64,000 bases of DNA, taken from positions 91,390 through 155,389 of the forward strand of contig JBGPGO010000011.1 in NCBI GenBank assembly GCA_041483895.1, in the 5' to 3' direction. Origin of the DNA: Fimbriimonadia bacterium (lineage in GTDB: Bacteria; Armatimonadota; Fimbriimonadia; Fimbriimonadales; JABRVX01). Below, piece by piece: positions 20,952-32,056 of the stretch. The notes beneath the pieces are model-generated. The model was not told the DNA's origin. It searched no databases and saw only the letters and a list, made by a program, of their open reading frames with translations. The position numbers and the translations under genes were made by a program. Each line of letters begins with the position of its first letter. Within the stretch, counting starts at the first letter, position 1.

Positions 20952-21339
20952 CTACCCTGCGTGCGTCGTGGGAGCATCCTGAGCGGTTGTCTGGTTCGCC
21001 GCTTGCCAATGACTTGGGCGCTGTGGATGCAAGCGCTCTCCTTCCAGAGATACGTTCGGATAGTGCGGTAAGAGCAACTCGGACAGTTCGCTGATGCGCG
21101 GATCCGAGTGGAGCGTCTTCGGATTCGATAGCATGCCGACCATGCCGTCGGTCATCGCTTCGCACAAGGCGTTCTGTCCATGATATCGATGGCTGAGGTG
21201 CCGGGCGTATTCCTCAGAGCAGCCAGTCGGCCCGCCTTTGCCATCCCGCAAGGCGCTTTCCGCCGCTTCCCTTGCGAAGCCCACGGCCAACTCGGCAATC
21301 CTTCGCGCGACGGCCGCGTCGAATGCCGGCGGTGCTGTT
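20952..21339 (-). pseudogene. 3' remnant of a paralog of ORF 41770..42450, cut by IS21
   Basis: GGPTGCSEEYARHLSHRYHGQNALC..LSNPKTLH.DPRI.ELSELLLP is shared with 41770..42450; homology stops at the IS end. Confidence 0.85.
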
Positions 21340-21471
21340 TGTAAACGGCGGAGAGAAACTGTACCACTGAGGCGGCGGGTACCAACCCGAATCGCCGGAG
21401 CAAAATTGTACCGGCCTTGACGGCCTCTTCCAGACTTCGGATTGAAATCCGGAGGATGGGGAGGCGAAAGG

Positions 21472-22967
21472 ATGTACTCAGTGGAAATCTACGTAAGAGT
21501 TCGGCGCGCCGTCGTTGTGGAAGGCCTGAGCCAAAGGGAGGCCGCGCGGCAATTTGGAATCCATCGCGACACCGTTCGCAAGATGCTCGCCTTTTCTCTT
21601 CCTCCCGGCTACCAGCGCAAGGAGCCGGCGGCAAAGCCGAAGATCGGCCCGTTCACGAGGGTCATCGACCAGATTTTAGAAGAGGACCTTGGCGCCCCGA
21701 AGAAGCAGCGCCACAGCGCGCATCGGATCTATGAGCGCCTCACCGAAGAGCACGGCTTGGCGGTGGGTACACCATCGTCAAGGACTACGTTCGGGAGCGA
21801 AAGCTGGTGAAGGAGGAGATGTTCGTTCCGCTTTCCCACCCTGCCGGCCATGCGCAGGCGGACTTTGGAGAAGCTCTTGCTGTAATCGGCGGCGTACAAA
21901 GGAAAATTCACTTCTTCGCGATGGATCTGCCTTTTAGCGACGCCTGTTTCGTGAAGGCATACCCGTCAGAGACGAAAGAGGCGTTCTTAGATGGCCACGT
22001 GTCGGCGTTTTCGTTCTTCGGCGGCGTTCCGCAGTCCATTCTCTACGACAACACGAAGATCGCGGTGGCGCAGATCGTGGGGTCAGGAACGAGAGTTCGC
22101 ACCAAGGCGTTCACGGAACTCGTCAGCCATTACCTGTTTGGCGATCGGTTCGGCAGGCCGGCCAAAGGCAACGACAAGGGGAAAGTGGAAGGTCTCGTCG
22201 GCTACGCCCGGCGCAACTTCCTGGTCCCCATCCCTCGGTTTGCAAATTTTGAAGAACTCAACCACCACCTGGAGGAGCAGTGCCAAAAGCGCCGTGAAGA
22301 CCGCCTGCGGGGAAAGAGCGCCATGATCGGCGAGCGGCTCGTTCTCGACCAGGATGCATTCCTGCCGCTTCCCACCGCCGAGTATGATGCTTGCGACAAG
22401 CGGGTGGCCCGGGTCAGCTCGCTCTCCCTGGTTCGGTACAAGGGCAACGACTACTCCGTCCCCACCCGCTACGGCCACCTGGAGGTTCTGGTAAAGGGGT
22501 TCGTGCATGATGTCGTCATCTCGTACAAAACAGATGTCATCGCCCGGCACGTTTGTTCCTACGAAAAGGAGGACTTCGTCTTCGATCCGCTGCACTACCT
22601 TGCGCTCCTGGAAAGGAAGGTTGGCGCGCTGGAGCAGGCGGCGCCTCTTGCCGGTTGGGATCTCCCCGAAGAGTTCGCATCCCTGCGCCGCCTTCTGGAA
22701 GGCCGGATGGGAACAAACGGCAAGAGGGAGTACGTGCAGGTGCTGAGGCTTCTGGAAACCTTCTGCGCCGAAGATGTCGTCGTCGCCGTGCGGGCCGCCC
22801 TTTCGCTTTCGGCGATCAGCTTCGATGCGGTAAAGCATCTTCTTCTTTGCCGAATCGAAAAGAGGCCGGAAAGACTCGACCTTTCGCTGTATCCGCATCT
22901 TCCCAAAGCCCTGGTTCAGACCACGAAGGCCGCGAGCTATCTCGCCCTGCTGACGGAGGTGGCCTAA
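21472..22967 (+). pseudogene. istA: IS21 transposase IstA, frameshifted
   Basis: HTH part (MYSVEIY..GIHRDTVRKML) and DDE part (AQADFG, LYDN, KGKVEG) are in different frames; one base is missing at ~21758 in the HG-F-GGGYTIVKDYVR motif (real or sequencing error). Confidence 0.85.
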
Positions 22968-22968
22968 G

Positions 22969-23724
22969 ATGGACCAATCTCCGCAAGTTCTGCTAACCCA
23001 TCACCTCAAGGCTTTGAAGCTACCGACCTTCCTTCGGGAATATGAGAAGACGGCGTCGCTATGCGCGAGCGCGAACGAAGGCCACGTGCGCTACCTGTTT
23101 CGCCTGTGCGAGCGGGAGCTGATCGACAGGGAGCGCAGGATGGTGGAACGAAGGATCCGGCAGGCGCGCTTTCCCGCCGTGAAGGGTCTCGATACCTTCG
23201 ACTTCGCCGCCATCCCTTCTGTAAACAAATCGTTGGTCGTGGAACTCTCGAGGTGCGAGTGGGTTCAAAAGAAAGAGAACGTGATCGCTCTAGGCAACTC
23301 CGGAACGGGAAAGACCCACGTTGCCTTAGGGCTCGGCCTTGCCGCTTGCCAGAAGGGCCTTGCCGTCGGCTTTACCACCGCGGCCGCTCCGGTGCACGAA
23401 TTGATGGAAGCCAAGGAAGAAAAGAGGCTGCTGCGCTTCCAGAAGCAGCTTGCCGCTTGCCGGCTGCTCATCATCGACGAACTGAGGTTCGTGCCTCTGT
23501 CCAAGACCGGGGCGGAGCTTCTCTTCGAGGTGTTCAGTCTTCGGTATGAACGAGGCTCGGTTCTCGTGACCAGCAACCTGCCGTTCGACGAGTGGACGGA
23601 GGTGTTCGGCTCCGATCGCCTGACCGGCGCTCTTCTTGATCGTCTCACACACCACGTCCACATCCTGGAGATGAACGCCGAGAGTTACCGCCTGACGCAA
23701 AGCAAGAAGCGAAAGGCAACTTGA
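22969..23724 (+). CDS. istB: IS21 helper AAA+ ATPase IstB
   Basis: Walker A GNSGTGKT, LLIIDEL, TSNLPF.EW, ALLDRLTHH. Confidence 0.93.
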   Translation: MDQSPQVLLTHHLKALKLPTFLREYEKTASLCASANEGHVRYLFRLCERELIDRERRMVERRIRQARFPAVKGLDTFDFAAIPSVNKSLVVELSRCEWVQKKENVIALGNSGTGKTHVALGLGLAACQKGLAVGFTTAAAPVHELMEAKEEKRLLRFQKQLAACRLLIIDELRFVPLSKTGAELLFEVFSLRYERGSVLVTSNLPFDEWTEVFGSDRLTGALLDRLTHHVHILEMNAESYRLTQSKKRKAT

Positions 23725-23900
23725 TCGCACGAACCTAGATCGGCTTGAAAAAGCCTGGCCTGTCCATTGAAGATTCAAACACGATGACTACGACCAGAAC
23801 AACCCGCCGCCTCAGTGGTACAGTTTCTCTCCGCCGTTTACAGCTCCAGTGCCTTTCGGCAGGTAGTGGCTTACATCACCATTGGAGGAGGCACTAATGA

Positions 23901-26900
23901 TCAGTCATCTCCCGCCATACCGAAGTTCATGACGACGATCGTTAGATCGTGCATGTCAACAGATCCGCCACCATCAAGATCGTTTGGACTTGGTCCCTCG
24001 CCAAATGAGAGAAATATCGCATTCAGATCGCGGATGTTGACAACGTTATTACGCTCGGCGTCACCATTCTCGAGAGTGATTTCGATTCCTGAGACGCTTC
24101 CATTGGTTGCATCAATCGGCACAACCCTTCGCAACCAATGGCCGGGTTTTGCCGCGAGATCGAGCGCCGCCGCCGGAACGGGAATCGCAAACTCCCCGTT
24201 AGGGCGAATCACGGCATCGAAATCGCCAAAAGCAGCCCTCGAACCAAGTTCGCGAAGCTCGAAACGGATGCGATCGGGAGGAATACCCACGAAGTCGTTG
24301 AGCAAAATAATGCCGGTGGCCGTCGTTGAAACGTATTCACTTGCCCCGACGTCGACATGATGGCCAATCGTCCTCGGCAGCAGATCGACATCCCATCGCG
24401 GTGGGACGGTGGCATCATCCAGCCCCGTATCGATGCATGTAGATGCCGCGGAGAGATGGTAGTCGCCGTTGGCTATATCGATGAACAGCGGATCAACGGA
24501 TACGTTGCCATTCTTGCCAACGGGGCTCTTGATGCTCGGATCATAGTCTTTCGTCCCATTACCATATATGACGCTGTTCCACCAATTCGCAGGAGGTATG
24601 GAGTTCGAATCTTGAACTCCTTGATTGTTGAAGGCAATAACGTTGTTCGCAAGGAAGAGCGGCGACGAGGAGAGAACCAAACCGTATGTCCATGGGTTTT
24701 TTGCAACCGTACAGTTGATGAATTCTCCATGACAAACGGAAAAGCTCGCTCCACCTCGATTTCCGTAAAAAAGTGAATCGTGGACAGCGATGTTACTAAG
24801 CCGCGAATAGAGTCCTACGGAACCATTATTGATGAAATACAGGCTAGATACTTTCGAGCCGGAGCTATACAAATAGACAGGGATGCCGCCATTGGACACA
24901 AAGACGTTGCGGCTGATAGTCGGTGAGGCTCCTGAGACGTTGATGCCCGCGCCAACGCCTTGTCGAGATCCTTTCGTAATAGTAAACCCGTCGATTACCG
25001 TATCTGGTAGAGCCCCCGGAGACACATCAATAATGCTCTTCGTCGAACCGCCTGCCCCATCGAGAATTGACTGATTTTGCGATGACAGAAATCGGTCTTC
25101 TAATTCCCATTCTGTCCCCAGAAAGCCTCCATAGAGCTTGACAGATGAAGGCAGGGTAAGGTTCTCCTTGTATGTGCCTGCTGTAACCCAAACTTCATCT
25201 CCCGGCGCACTGATCGCGAGCGCCGCAGCCACTGTTCTCTTCGCTGTTTGCCACCTTAGCCCGTCAGCCGCATCGCTTCCAAGCGGTTTTACATAGATGG
25301 TCTTGGATGGAGATGGCCCTACCCAAACCGTACCATCCGATTCATCGGCGCCAATGTCTACGTGCGCTCCCAATAATCGCACTTCGTCATCGATATCGCT
25401 GCCGGATGAGTCTACGTCGCTGCCGCCATCGATGCACGGCGAGCCGGGCTGAATATGAACATCTTTGGTGTATCGATTCGCGATCAATGGATCTTCGGAT
25501 ATGTTGCCGTCGACTCCGATGGGATCCGAAGCGAATCCGCTCAAATTGGCCCAACCGTTGTCAAAGACATCATTGTTGTGAAAATCGAGCAACGCAACCT
25601 TGTCAAGATAGACTCCAGAAGCATTATGGGAGATCAGGTTATTCGCCATGGTGAGATTGGTGCCGGAGAATGCGACTGCGCCTCTCGGGGCCGAATTCAA
25701 AACAATCGTATTTCCAATCAGGGTAGCATTCCCTGAGAGGTAGAGCGCGCCTCCGCCGGCTCTAGCACGATTGCCGGACGCTACAGAATTTATCAGAGTG
25801 AGGCCGGCACCAGGCACACAGTAAATTGCAGGGCCGCTATCTGCCACGTTGTCCACGAGTTTGCAGTTCGTGCAGATTAGATAGCCGCCGTTGACGAACG
25901 AAATGCCTGCGCCAACGGCACCGAGGCTTCCTCCTTGTGATGTGTTGCCTTGGACAACGACATGATCAAATGTTCCGGACGTCGAGATAAGTTGGTTAGG
26001 GCCATAGTTGAATCCATTGGCACCATCAACATCACTGTTATTTGTAATGGCAGAATACGATATTCTTATCAGACTATCATTTACGTTGAGCCCACAACCC
26101 CTTGCGCCTTTATTGTCTGAAATAACCAGATTGACCATCGTCTCAATGGAATTCTGGATGAGCAATCCGCCTGTGACACCGTTCCGAATCGTGAAGCCAT
26201 CGAGATATCCAACGCCATTGACAAGGCTAAGAACCTGGCCCGACCTACCACCATCGATAGTCGTTGGATTCGCCACCCAATCGCGCTTCGAACGGTCGGA
26301 TTCATTTCCCGCAAACCCGCCGTAGATCGATATTAGGCCTGAGGCAATCGGATGTTCTTGGTAAATTCCACCGCGAATCCAAACCTCGCCGCCGTCCGGC
26401 AACGCATCGATCCCTCCTTGGACCGTCTTCTTTGCCGATGCCCAGGACAGCCCATCGTTCAAGTCATTTCCGTTCCCGCCGTCAACTCGCACCACGGCGG
26501 ACGGCAGTGTTACCGTATGATCTTCGTACCACTCGTCAGCACCGATATCGACCGCCGCGCCGGAAATGCGGTTCTCGTTGTCGATGTCGGCAAAGCCGGG
26601 AAATACATAGGAATTGTTGCCGGCGTCGATACACGGCGAACCGTGGCCCAGGTGATAGTCTCCCACCCATATGCCTGGGATTATTGGATCGACGGAAATG
26701 TTCCCACTGGTTCCGGTAGGATCGGCAGTTCCGGAATAATTTGTTGCATTCGCATAGACATTGTTGTTGGCATATGTGCCCGCGCTATAGGCATATATTC
26801 CGCCGCTGTTGTAGGCGACCAGGTTATTTGCGATAGTATCATTCGTTCCATAGTTCGTGATTGCAAAAACGTAGGGGTATCCGATTTGTGCGGCACCGTG

Positions 26901-29900
26901 ATTGCTGATTAGAGTATTGTTCGTAACGGAACAGGTTGTTGCTTGGTACAACCCAATGGCTCCGGACCCTTCGTAGTTGCCGATCAGTACATTGTTCGCG
27001 ACTTGGCCATTGGTTGTCACATCGAGAAGTACCGTGTAGCCGTTCGCGGAGCTATTCCAAGCGAATATATTACCGCTAATTCGTGGTGTTCCACGCAGAC
27101 TCGACAACGCACTCGCGGGAAGAGATTGTGTTGTGCTTGTATTATGCGCTACCACGTTTCTTGCAAACAAGACGGTCGAACTGCCTAAGTCGACGCCTGC
27201 GACGGCTATGGTTGAGTTGTTATATGATATCGTATTGTTTTGAATCGTTCCGCCGGCCTTGTCCAAATATGCCAATCCGGTGCCCTGATTCCGGGAGATA
27301 AGATTTGAATCGATCAGACCAGCTCTAAACTTCGCTGTGACGCCTGGTATGGAATTATCAATAATCTTGCAGGAGATCAGCCTGCTCGCTGCTCCCTGCA
27401 TAACGACAGCAGTCCCAGTCTTGATTTGACTTGTACATTCCCGGACTACGCAATTGGCGATCTCATTGCTAGAGTAAAGTGCATAGATACCCGCACCAGG
27501 AAAGACTCCTGCATTTCCACGCTTAATCGTAAATCCGTCAAGCACAGAGAGATGCTCCCCGGCCGCGACATTGACCGCCGTGCCACGACCTTCGGCATCG
27601 ATGATTGTTGGATTGGTCTCAAAATTCCGTTCCGAGCGATCCGATTCCGACCCTGCGAATCCTCCGTACAGCGCAACAAAGACCGGTAATCGGATCATCT
27701 CGGGGTACGTGCCCTTCATCACCCAGGCCTCACCACCGAGATCTGTCGCGAGATCTAGGCCAGCTTGGATTGTCTTCTTGGCGGTTTCCCACGTCAACCC
27801 GTCATGAGAGTCATCTCCGTCAGGTCGAACATGGATGATGGCAGGATTCGTGTTCCATAGCGTGCCGTCACTTTCGTCCGCTCCAATATCCACAGCCGGC
27901 CCAAGTATGCGAGATTGCCCATCATAGTCGCCATAACCCGGCATCGCGTCGGAGTTATTTCCTGCGTCAACGCAAGGGGATGTCGGCTGCAGATGAAAAT
28001 TGCCGAACGGCAAACTTGCAATCAGTGGCTCTGCTGCAATGTTGCCATCGGTTCCGGTTGGATCGGTAACGCCGGACCAGTTCGCTCCACTATTTCCAAA
28101 TACGTCATTTGAGTGAAATGTCGATGCTGGAGCGCTTCCTGAGGCCAGCACGCCACCGCCGCCATTGAATGCCACAACATTGTTCGAAAAAAGAGCGGTC
28201 GATTGACGATAGTGAATTCCACCAGCTCCAGTCGTTGCCGTGTTTCCGGCTATGGTATTTCCGACGATGATTCCTCCGGAAACACTGCTCAAATATAGCC
28301 CGCCGCCACCATCCGATCCATTTCCGACAATCCAGTTGTTCGCAATTGTGGCCGGTCCCCCAACATAGACACCGCCGCCATTGAGCGCGGAATTGCCGCG
28401 GATCAGATTCTGAACAATTGTGGGTGCGGAAAGCCCGGTGACTTCGATACCGCCGCCTTCGCCCGGCTTTGCCGGGTTGACATTGTTCGACAGAATATTT
28501 CGCGCTATCACAGGCGAGGCCATATTGCAGATTATTCCGGATCCTGAGCACCATTCAATCGCACAGTTCTGAATGGTGGGGGATCCAGAACGGCAATAGA
28601 TTCCACCGCCTGTCCCATTGCGCACTCGGAGTCCGTCCATGACTCCACTTACCGCAATGACCTCAATGCTCAATCCCGCGAACGATCCGTCAATGATAGT
28701 GGGATTCGCCTTCCAATCGCGATCATTACGATCGACTTCGTTCCCCTTGAATCCCCCATAGATTGAGAAGATGTCCCGGAGAACTAGATTCTCCTTAAAG
28801 GTGCCACCGGCGATCCAAATCTCCCCATCTCTCTCGGAAGCTTCCATAAGAGCAGAGCCGATGGTTCTCTTCGCCGTTGCCCAGCTAAGTCCGTCGTCCA
28901 GGTCGTTGCCATCAGGTTTGACAAATGTTACAGCCGGTCCGCCGTGCCAATTTGTGCCATCGGACTCGTCGGCGCCGATATCAGGGCCCAAACCCTGAAT
29001 CCGCAACTGCCCGTCCATATCGACCCAGCCGCCATCAACGAATGCCGGCGCACCGGCGTCAACGCAAGGGGAGGCAGCCTGTAAGTGGTAGTCTTGATTC
29101 TGCCAATTGGCAAACTGGGGATCTGCGGAAATGTTGCCGTTCGTGCCAGTCGGATTGGGCATTCCCGCGAAATTGGTATACCCGTTCTGCCATACATCAT
29201 TATTTGAAAAGATCGGAGCGATTCCGCCCTCCACCAATTCGATGCCGGTCGTGTTGTGTGCGATCACGTTGTTGGCTATTGTTGCTTGCGCGCCGGCAAA
29301 CGCCAGTCCCGCCCCATTTGTCGCAATATTGCCTACGATGGTATTGTTGACAACTTTCGTGCCAGCCAAAGTGGAGCTCAGAGCGATGCCGGGCTTATTT
29401 GCGAATACCAGATTGTTTGCAATTTGGGCAACGGCATCGCCGCCGATCACAACGCCGCCGCCCGGATCTCTGCCAAAGTTGCGAGCGATCACGTTGTTGA
29501 GTATCGAGCTGGCGCCACCATTGCAGATCACTCCCATGCCGTTATCGGCTATCCGATTGCGCAGAATCGTTGCGATTACGTCTTCACCAACCGTAACGCC
29601 GCCATACTTGCAGTTCGTAATAAGATTATCCTCAATCACAACATGCGAGTTTCCATCGCAGCTGAGTCCGACGGCGTCTACACTGATATCGCTTCTACCG
29701 TTGATCGTGTTGTTTTGGAGCACAGCCGAACAGGATTCAAGCATTACTTCAACCGATGGGTTACCTTCGAAGTGGCAATTGGTGACCGTTGGGCTCCCCA
29801 GATTTCCATGCAGGCAACCATACTGCCAGCTGTTGCCGGACGAAACTATGGTACAGCCATTGATCGTGGCGGCAGTCATCAGCGCATTGATCGCTCCGCG

Positions 29901-31523
29901 ATCGTTGTACTTCATTGGTCGCACATCGAACCCATCGATTACATCTTCACTCCCGCTCGGATCGATGTTCAATGTGCCTTCAGCGATGATGCAGACATGA
30001 TTCTTGGGGTCCCTATCGACGCGATTGGATTCCGTTCCGGCAAATCCGGCATATAAGTGCGTAAAGCAGCGTGCGGTTACTGTTTCCGAATACTGTCCTT
30101 CGGCGACCCAGACTTCGCCAAAGTTTGACAATGCCAATTCGATTCCGGCCTGAATCGTCTTCTTCGCGCTGGCCCAGCTGGAACCATCGTTGGTATCGGC
30201 GCCCGCCGGCGAAACAAAAACGACTGTTGGCTCAGTCGGCCAAACGATTCCATCCGATTCGTCTGCACCGATGTCCACATGGCTTCCGAAAATGCGCGAC
30301 TGGCCGTCCATATCCTGCCATGAAAGATCGACAGAAGAGTCATCTCCGGTATCAACGCATGAAGACGCAGGCTGGAGGTGCAAGTTGCCGTAAGCCTCGA
30401 GCGCAAATCCCGGATCGACTGAGATGTTGCCGTTGGTTCCCGTCGGATCACCGAGACCTGAATAGTTGTATAGAAAGTTCCCAAATACGTCGTTCGTGAA
30501 AAACTTGGCGGACTTGGATTTGTAGTCGACTCCGGCAGAATTGTATGCTATGACATTATTTGCGATGGTTGCAGAATTTGTTCCAATATTGATAACACCG
30601 CCGGTTGCCGAGTAGTTGCTGACAATCGTATTATTTACAATTTTTGCATTCGATCCCAGGCCATTAATGATCGCCCCACCCGAAAACGCTCCGTTACCAA
30701 TCATGATGTTGTTGGCGATTACGAGTGCGGCGCTGCCACCGTATTCGATTGCAGCGCCGGAATCCGCGATGTTCGATTGAAAGTAGTTCGCGAGGATCAT
30801 GGCTGCCGAGGTGTTGGAATAGATGACACCACCTTTCGTCGCATATAATCGATTGCCTGTCGAACAGAAACGATTGTGGACGATCATGGCGGTTGTATTA
30901 AGAAGGTAAATGCACCCGCCGAGGTTTTCGGCAAAATTAAAGCAGAACGAATTGTCCTTGATCGTAGGAGATCCGCCAGAAATGTAAATGCCACCTCCAT
31001 TGGTTGCCGATGCTCCGATCGCGTTGGCGACTACGACGGCTGCTGAGTTCATGAGCGATATGCCGCCTCCGTTTCCGTGTACGACATTGTTGGAGATTGT
31101 CGGAGAGGCGTTCGAACACAAGATGCCAGGACTGCCCGCCGTGGAAAGAGACATCCCATCAATAACCGTGTCTAGGCCGGCGCCGGTTGCAACAGTAATA
31201 CAACTACCGGACGAGGGCTTGATACGAGAAGTATTAACGCTAGGATTCCTTTCGGACCGAATCAGTTCTGTGCCCGCGAATCCACCGTATATCGAAACCC
31301 CTCCAGTGAGCGAGACCTTTTCGGAATAGTCTCCGGAGGCCACCCAAATCTCGTCGCCGGTATGGGCTGCAGAGACGGCCCCTATGATCGTCTTCTTGGC
31401 AAGGCTCCACGACGAACCATCATTCGCGTCACTCCCGGTCGGAATGACGCGGACGATCATTGCGTTCATTGAGTTGGCAATCAGCAAAAGGACTGATATC
31501 GCAATCCAAACACGGATGTTCAT
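23901..31523 (-). CDS. Giant secreted protein with six tandem right-handed beta-helix modules and a dockerin/EF-hand-like C-terminus
   Basis: Signal peptide; six repeats that start V.P.G.D..DG.SW..AKKT and end YHL...SPC.D.G...D.DG..R..G..VDIGADE; tail NGDAERNNVVNIRDL..DLDGGGSVDMHDL. Confidence 0.9.
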   Translation of the reverse strand: MNIRVWIAISVLLLIANSMNAMIVRVIPTGSDANDGSSWSLAKKTIIGAVSAAHTGDEIWVASGDYSEKVSLTGGVSIYGGFAGTELIRSERNPSVNTSRIKPSSGSCITVATGAGLDTVIDGMSLSTAGSPGILCSNASPTISNNVVHGNGGGISLMNSAAVVVANAIGASATNGGGIYISGGSPTIKDNSFCFNFAENLGGCIYLLNTTAMIVHNRFCSTGNRLYATKGGVIYSNTSAAMILANYFQSNIADSGAAIEYGGSAALVIANNIMIGNGAFSGGAIINGLGSNAKIVNNTIVSNYSATGGVINIGTNSATIANNVIAYNSAGVDYKSKSAKFFTNDVFGNFLYNYSGLGDPTGTNGNISVDPGFALEAYGNLHLQPASSCVDTGDDSSVDLSWQDMDGQSRIFGSHVDIGADESDGIVWPTEPTVVFVSPAGADTNDGSSWASAKKTIQAGIELALSNFGEVWVAEGQYSETVTARCFTHLYAGFAGTESNRVDRDPKNHVCIIAEGTLNIDPSGSEDVIDGFDVRPMKYNDRGAINALMTAATINGCTIVSSGNSWQYGCLHGNLGSPTVTNCHFEGNPSVEVMLESCSAVLQNNTINGRSDISVDAVGLSCDGNSHVVIEDNLITNCKYGGVTVGEDVIATILRNRIADNGMGVICNGGASSILNNVIARNFGRDPGGGVVIGGDAVAQIANNLVFANKPGIALSSTLAGTKVVNNTIVGNIATNGAGLAFAGAQATIANNVIAHNTTGIELVEGGIAPIFSNNDVWQNGYTNFAGMPNPTGTNGNISADPQFANWQNQDYHLQAASPCVDAGAPAFVDGGWVDMDGQLRIQGLGPDIGADESDGTNWHGGPAVTFVKPDGNDLDDGLSWATAKRTIGSALMEASERDGEIWIAGGTFKENLVLRDIFSIYGGFKGNEVDRNDRDWKANPTIIDGSFAGLSIEVIAVSGVMDGLRVRNGTGGGIYCRSGSPTIQNCAIEWCSGSGIICNMASPVIARNILSNNVNPAKPGEGGGIEVTGLSAPTIVQNLIRGNSALNGGGVYVGGPATIANNWIVGNGSDGGGGLYLSSVSGGIIVGNTIAGNTATTGAGGIHYRQSTALFSNNVVAFNGGGGVLASGSAPASTFHSNDVFGNSGANWSGVTDPTGTDGNIAAEPLIASLPFGNFHLQPTSPCVDAGNNSDAMPGYGDYDGQSRILGPAVDIGADESDGTLWNTNPAIIHVRPDGDDSHDGLTWETAKKTIQAGLDLATDLGGEAWVMKGTYPEMIRLPVFVALYGGFAGSESDRSERNFETNPTIIDAEGRGTAVNVAAGEHLSVLDGFTIKRGNAGVFPGAGIYALYSSNEIANCVVRECTSQIKTGTAVVMQGAASRLISCKIIDNSIPGVTAKFRAGLIDSNLISRNQGTGLAYLDKAGGTIQNNTISYNNSTIAVAGVDLGSSTVLFARNVVAHNTSTTQSLPASALSSLRGTPRISGNIFAWNSSANGYTVLLDVTTNGQVANNVLIGNYEGSGAIGLYQATTCSVTNNTLISNHGAAQIGYPYVFAITNYGTNDTIANNLVAYNSGGIYAYSAGTYANNNVYANATNYSGTADPTGTSGNISVDPIIPGIWVGDYHLGHGSPCIDAGNNSYVFPGFADIDNENRISGAAVDIGADEWYEDHTVTLPSAVVRVDGGNGNDLNDGLSWASAKKTVQGGIDALPDGGEVWIRGGIYQEHPIASGLISIYGGFAGNESDRSKRDWVANPTTIDGGRSGQVLSLVNGVGYLDGFTIRNGVTGGLLIQNSIETMVNLVISDNKGARGCGLNVNDSLIRISYSAITNNSDVDGANGFNYGPNQLISTSGTFDHVVVQGNTSQGGSLGAVGAGISFVNGGYLICTNCKLVDNVADSGPAIYCVPGAGLTLINSVASGNRARAGGGALYLSGNATLIGNTIVLNSAPRGAVAFSGTNLTMANNLISHNASGVYLDKVALLDFHNNDVFDNGWANLSGFASDPIGVDGNISEDPLIANRYTKDVHIQPGSPCIDGGSDVDSSGSDIDDEVRLLGAHVDIGADESDGTVWVGPSPSKTIYVKPLGSDAADGLRWQTAKRTVAAALAISAPGDEVWVTAGTYKENLTLPSSVKLYGGFLGTEWELEDRFLSSQNQSILDGAGGSTKSIIDVSPGALPDTVIDGFTITKGSRQGVGAGINVSGASPTISRNVFVSNGGIPVYLYSSGSKVSSLYFINNGSVGLYSRLSNIAVHDSLFYGNRGGASFSVCHGEFINCTVAKNPWTYGLVLSSSPLFLANNVIAFNNQGVQDSNSIPPANWWNSVIYGNGTKDYDPSIKSPVGKNGNVSVDPLFIDIANGDYHLSAASTCIDTGLDDATVPPRWDVDLLPRTIGHHVDVGASEYVSTTATGIILLNDFVGIPPDRIRFELRELGSRAAFGDFDAVIRPNGEFAIPVPAAALDLAAKPGHWLRRVVPIDATNGSVSGIEITLENGDAERNNVVNIRDLNAIFLSFGEGPSPNDLDGGGSVDMHDLTIVVMNFGMAGDD

Positions 31524-31892
31524 ATTCGGACTCCTTGCTAAGGGCTCTCGACGCTGGCAGTCCGCGCTAATTTCGGAATGCCAATCAACGCAATCCGATT
31601 ACCTGTTCGATGCCTCTTTCAGTTCGGATCAGCCCCAATGGCATAGGTGAGTGGTCCACTCACCCATCAATCTCCGTCAGTGCATAGTCAGACCGGCTCC
31701 CCAACAGTGCGGTCAGTCATGATACTAGGCACTGCTGCACGTTTGTAAGCAAGTCGAGATTTACTATGACCGCCAAATGTCTACGACTCCAATCCTCACA
31801 GGATTGTCTCATTTGATGCTGTCCATGGAAGGACTCTAAGAGGGACGTGACGTAAGAATCGCCTCTGCTGGCACCATCGTAAGGCAAAGAAC

Positions 31893-31920
31893 CCTATCGT
31901 AAAGAACCATTATCGATAGG
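31893..31920 (+). other. 28-bp dif-like recombination site, copy 4
   Basis: CCTATCGTAAA-GAACCA-TTATCGATAGG. Confidence 0.85.
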
Positions 31921-32056
31921 TCTTGGGATTGCTGCGAAGCTGGCGTCCTGGGAGGCAATTCCGCGGCAAGGCGGCTCAAAGGCGGTGGTTGGCGCAGAAT
32001 TACCACCGGTGGCGCTGTGAACGAGCCGTGTGCGGAACTTGGGCCTTCCTCGCTGT

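Larger units (their letters stand above)
21340..23842 (+). mobile_element. IS21-family insertion sequence
   Basis: Perfect 41-bp terminal inverted repeats TGTAAACGGCGGAGAGAAACTGTACCACTGAGGCGGCGGGT (21340-21380 and 23802-23842) around istA/istB; no target duplication visible. Confidence 0.95.

Noticed and set aside
21740..21810. Programmed frameshift in istA
   Set aside because: No slippery A-run at the break; a single-base loss in a conserved motif explains it.
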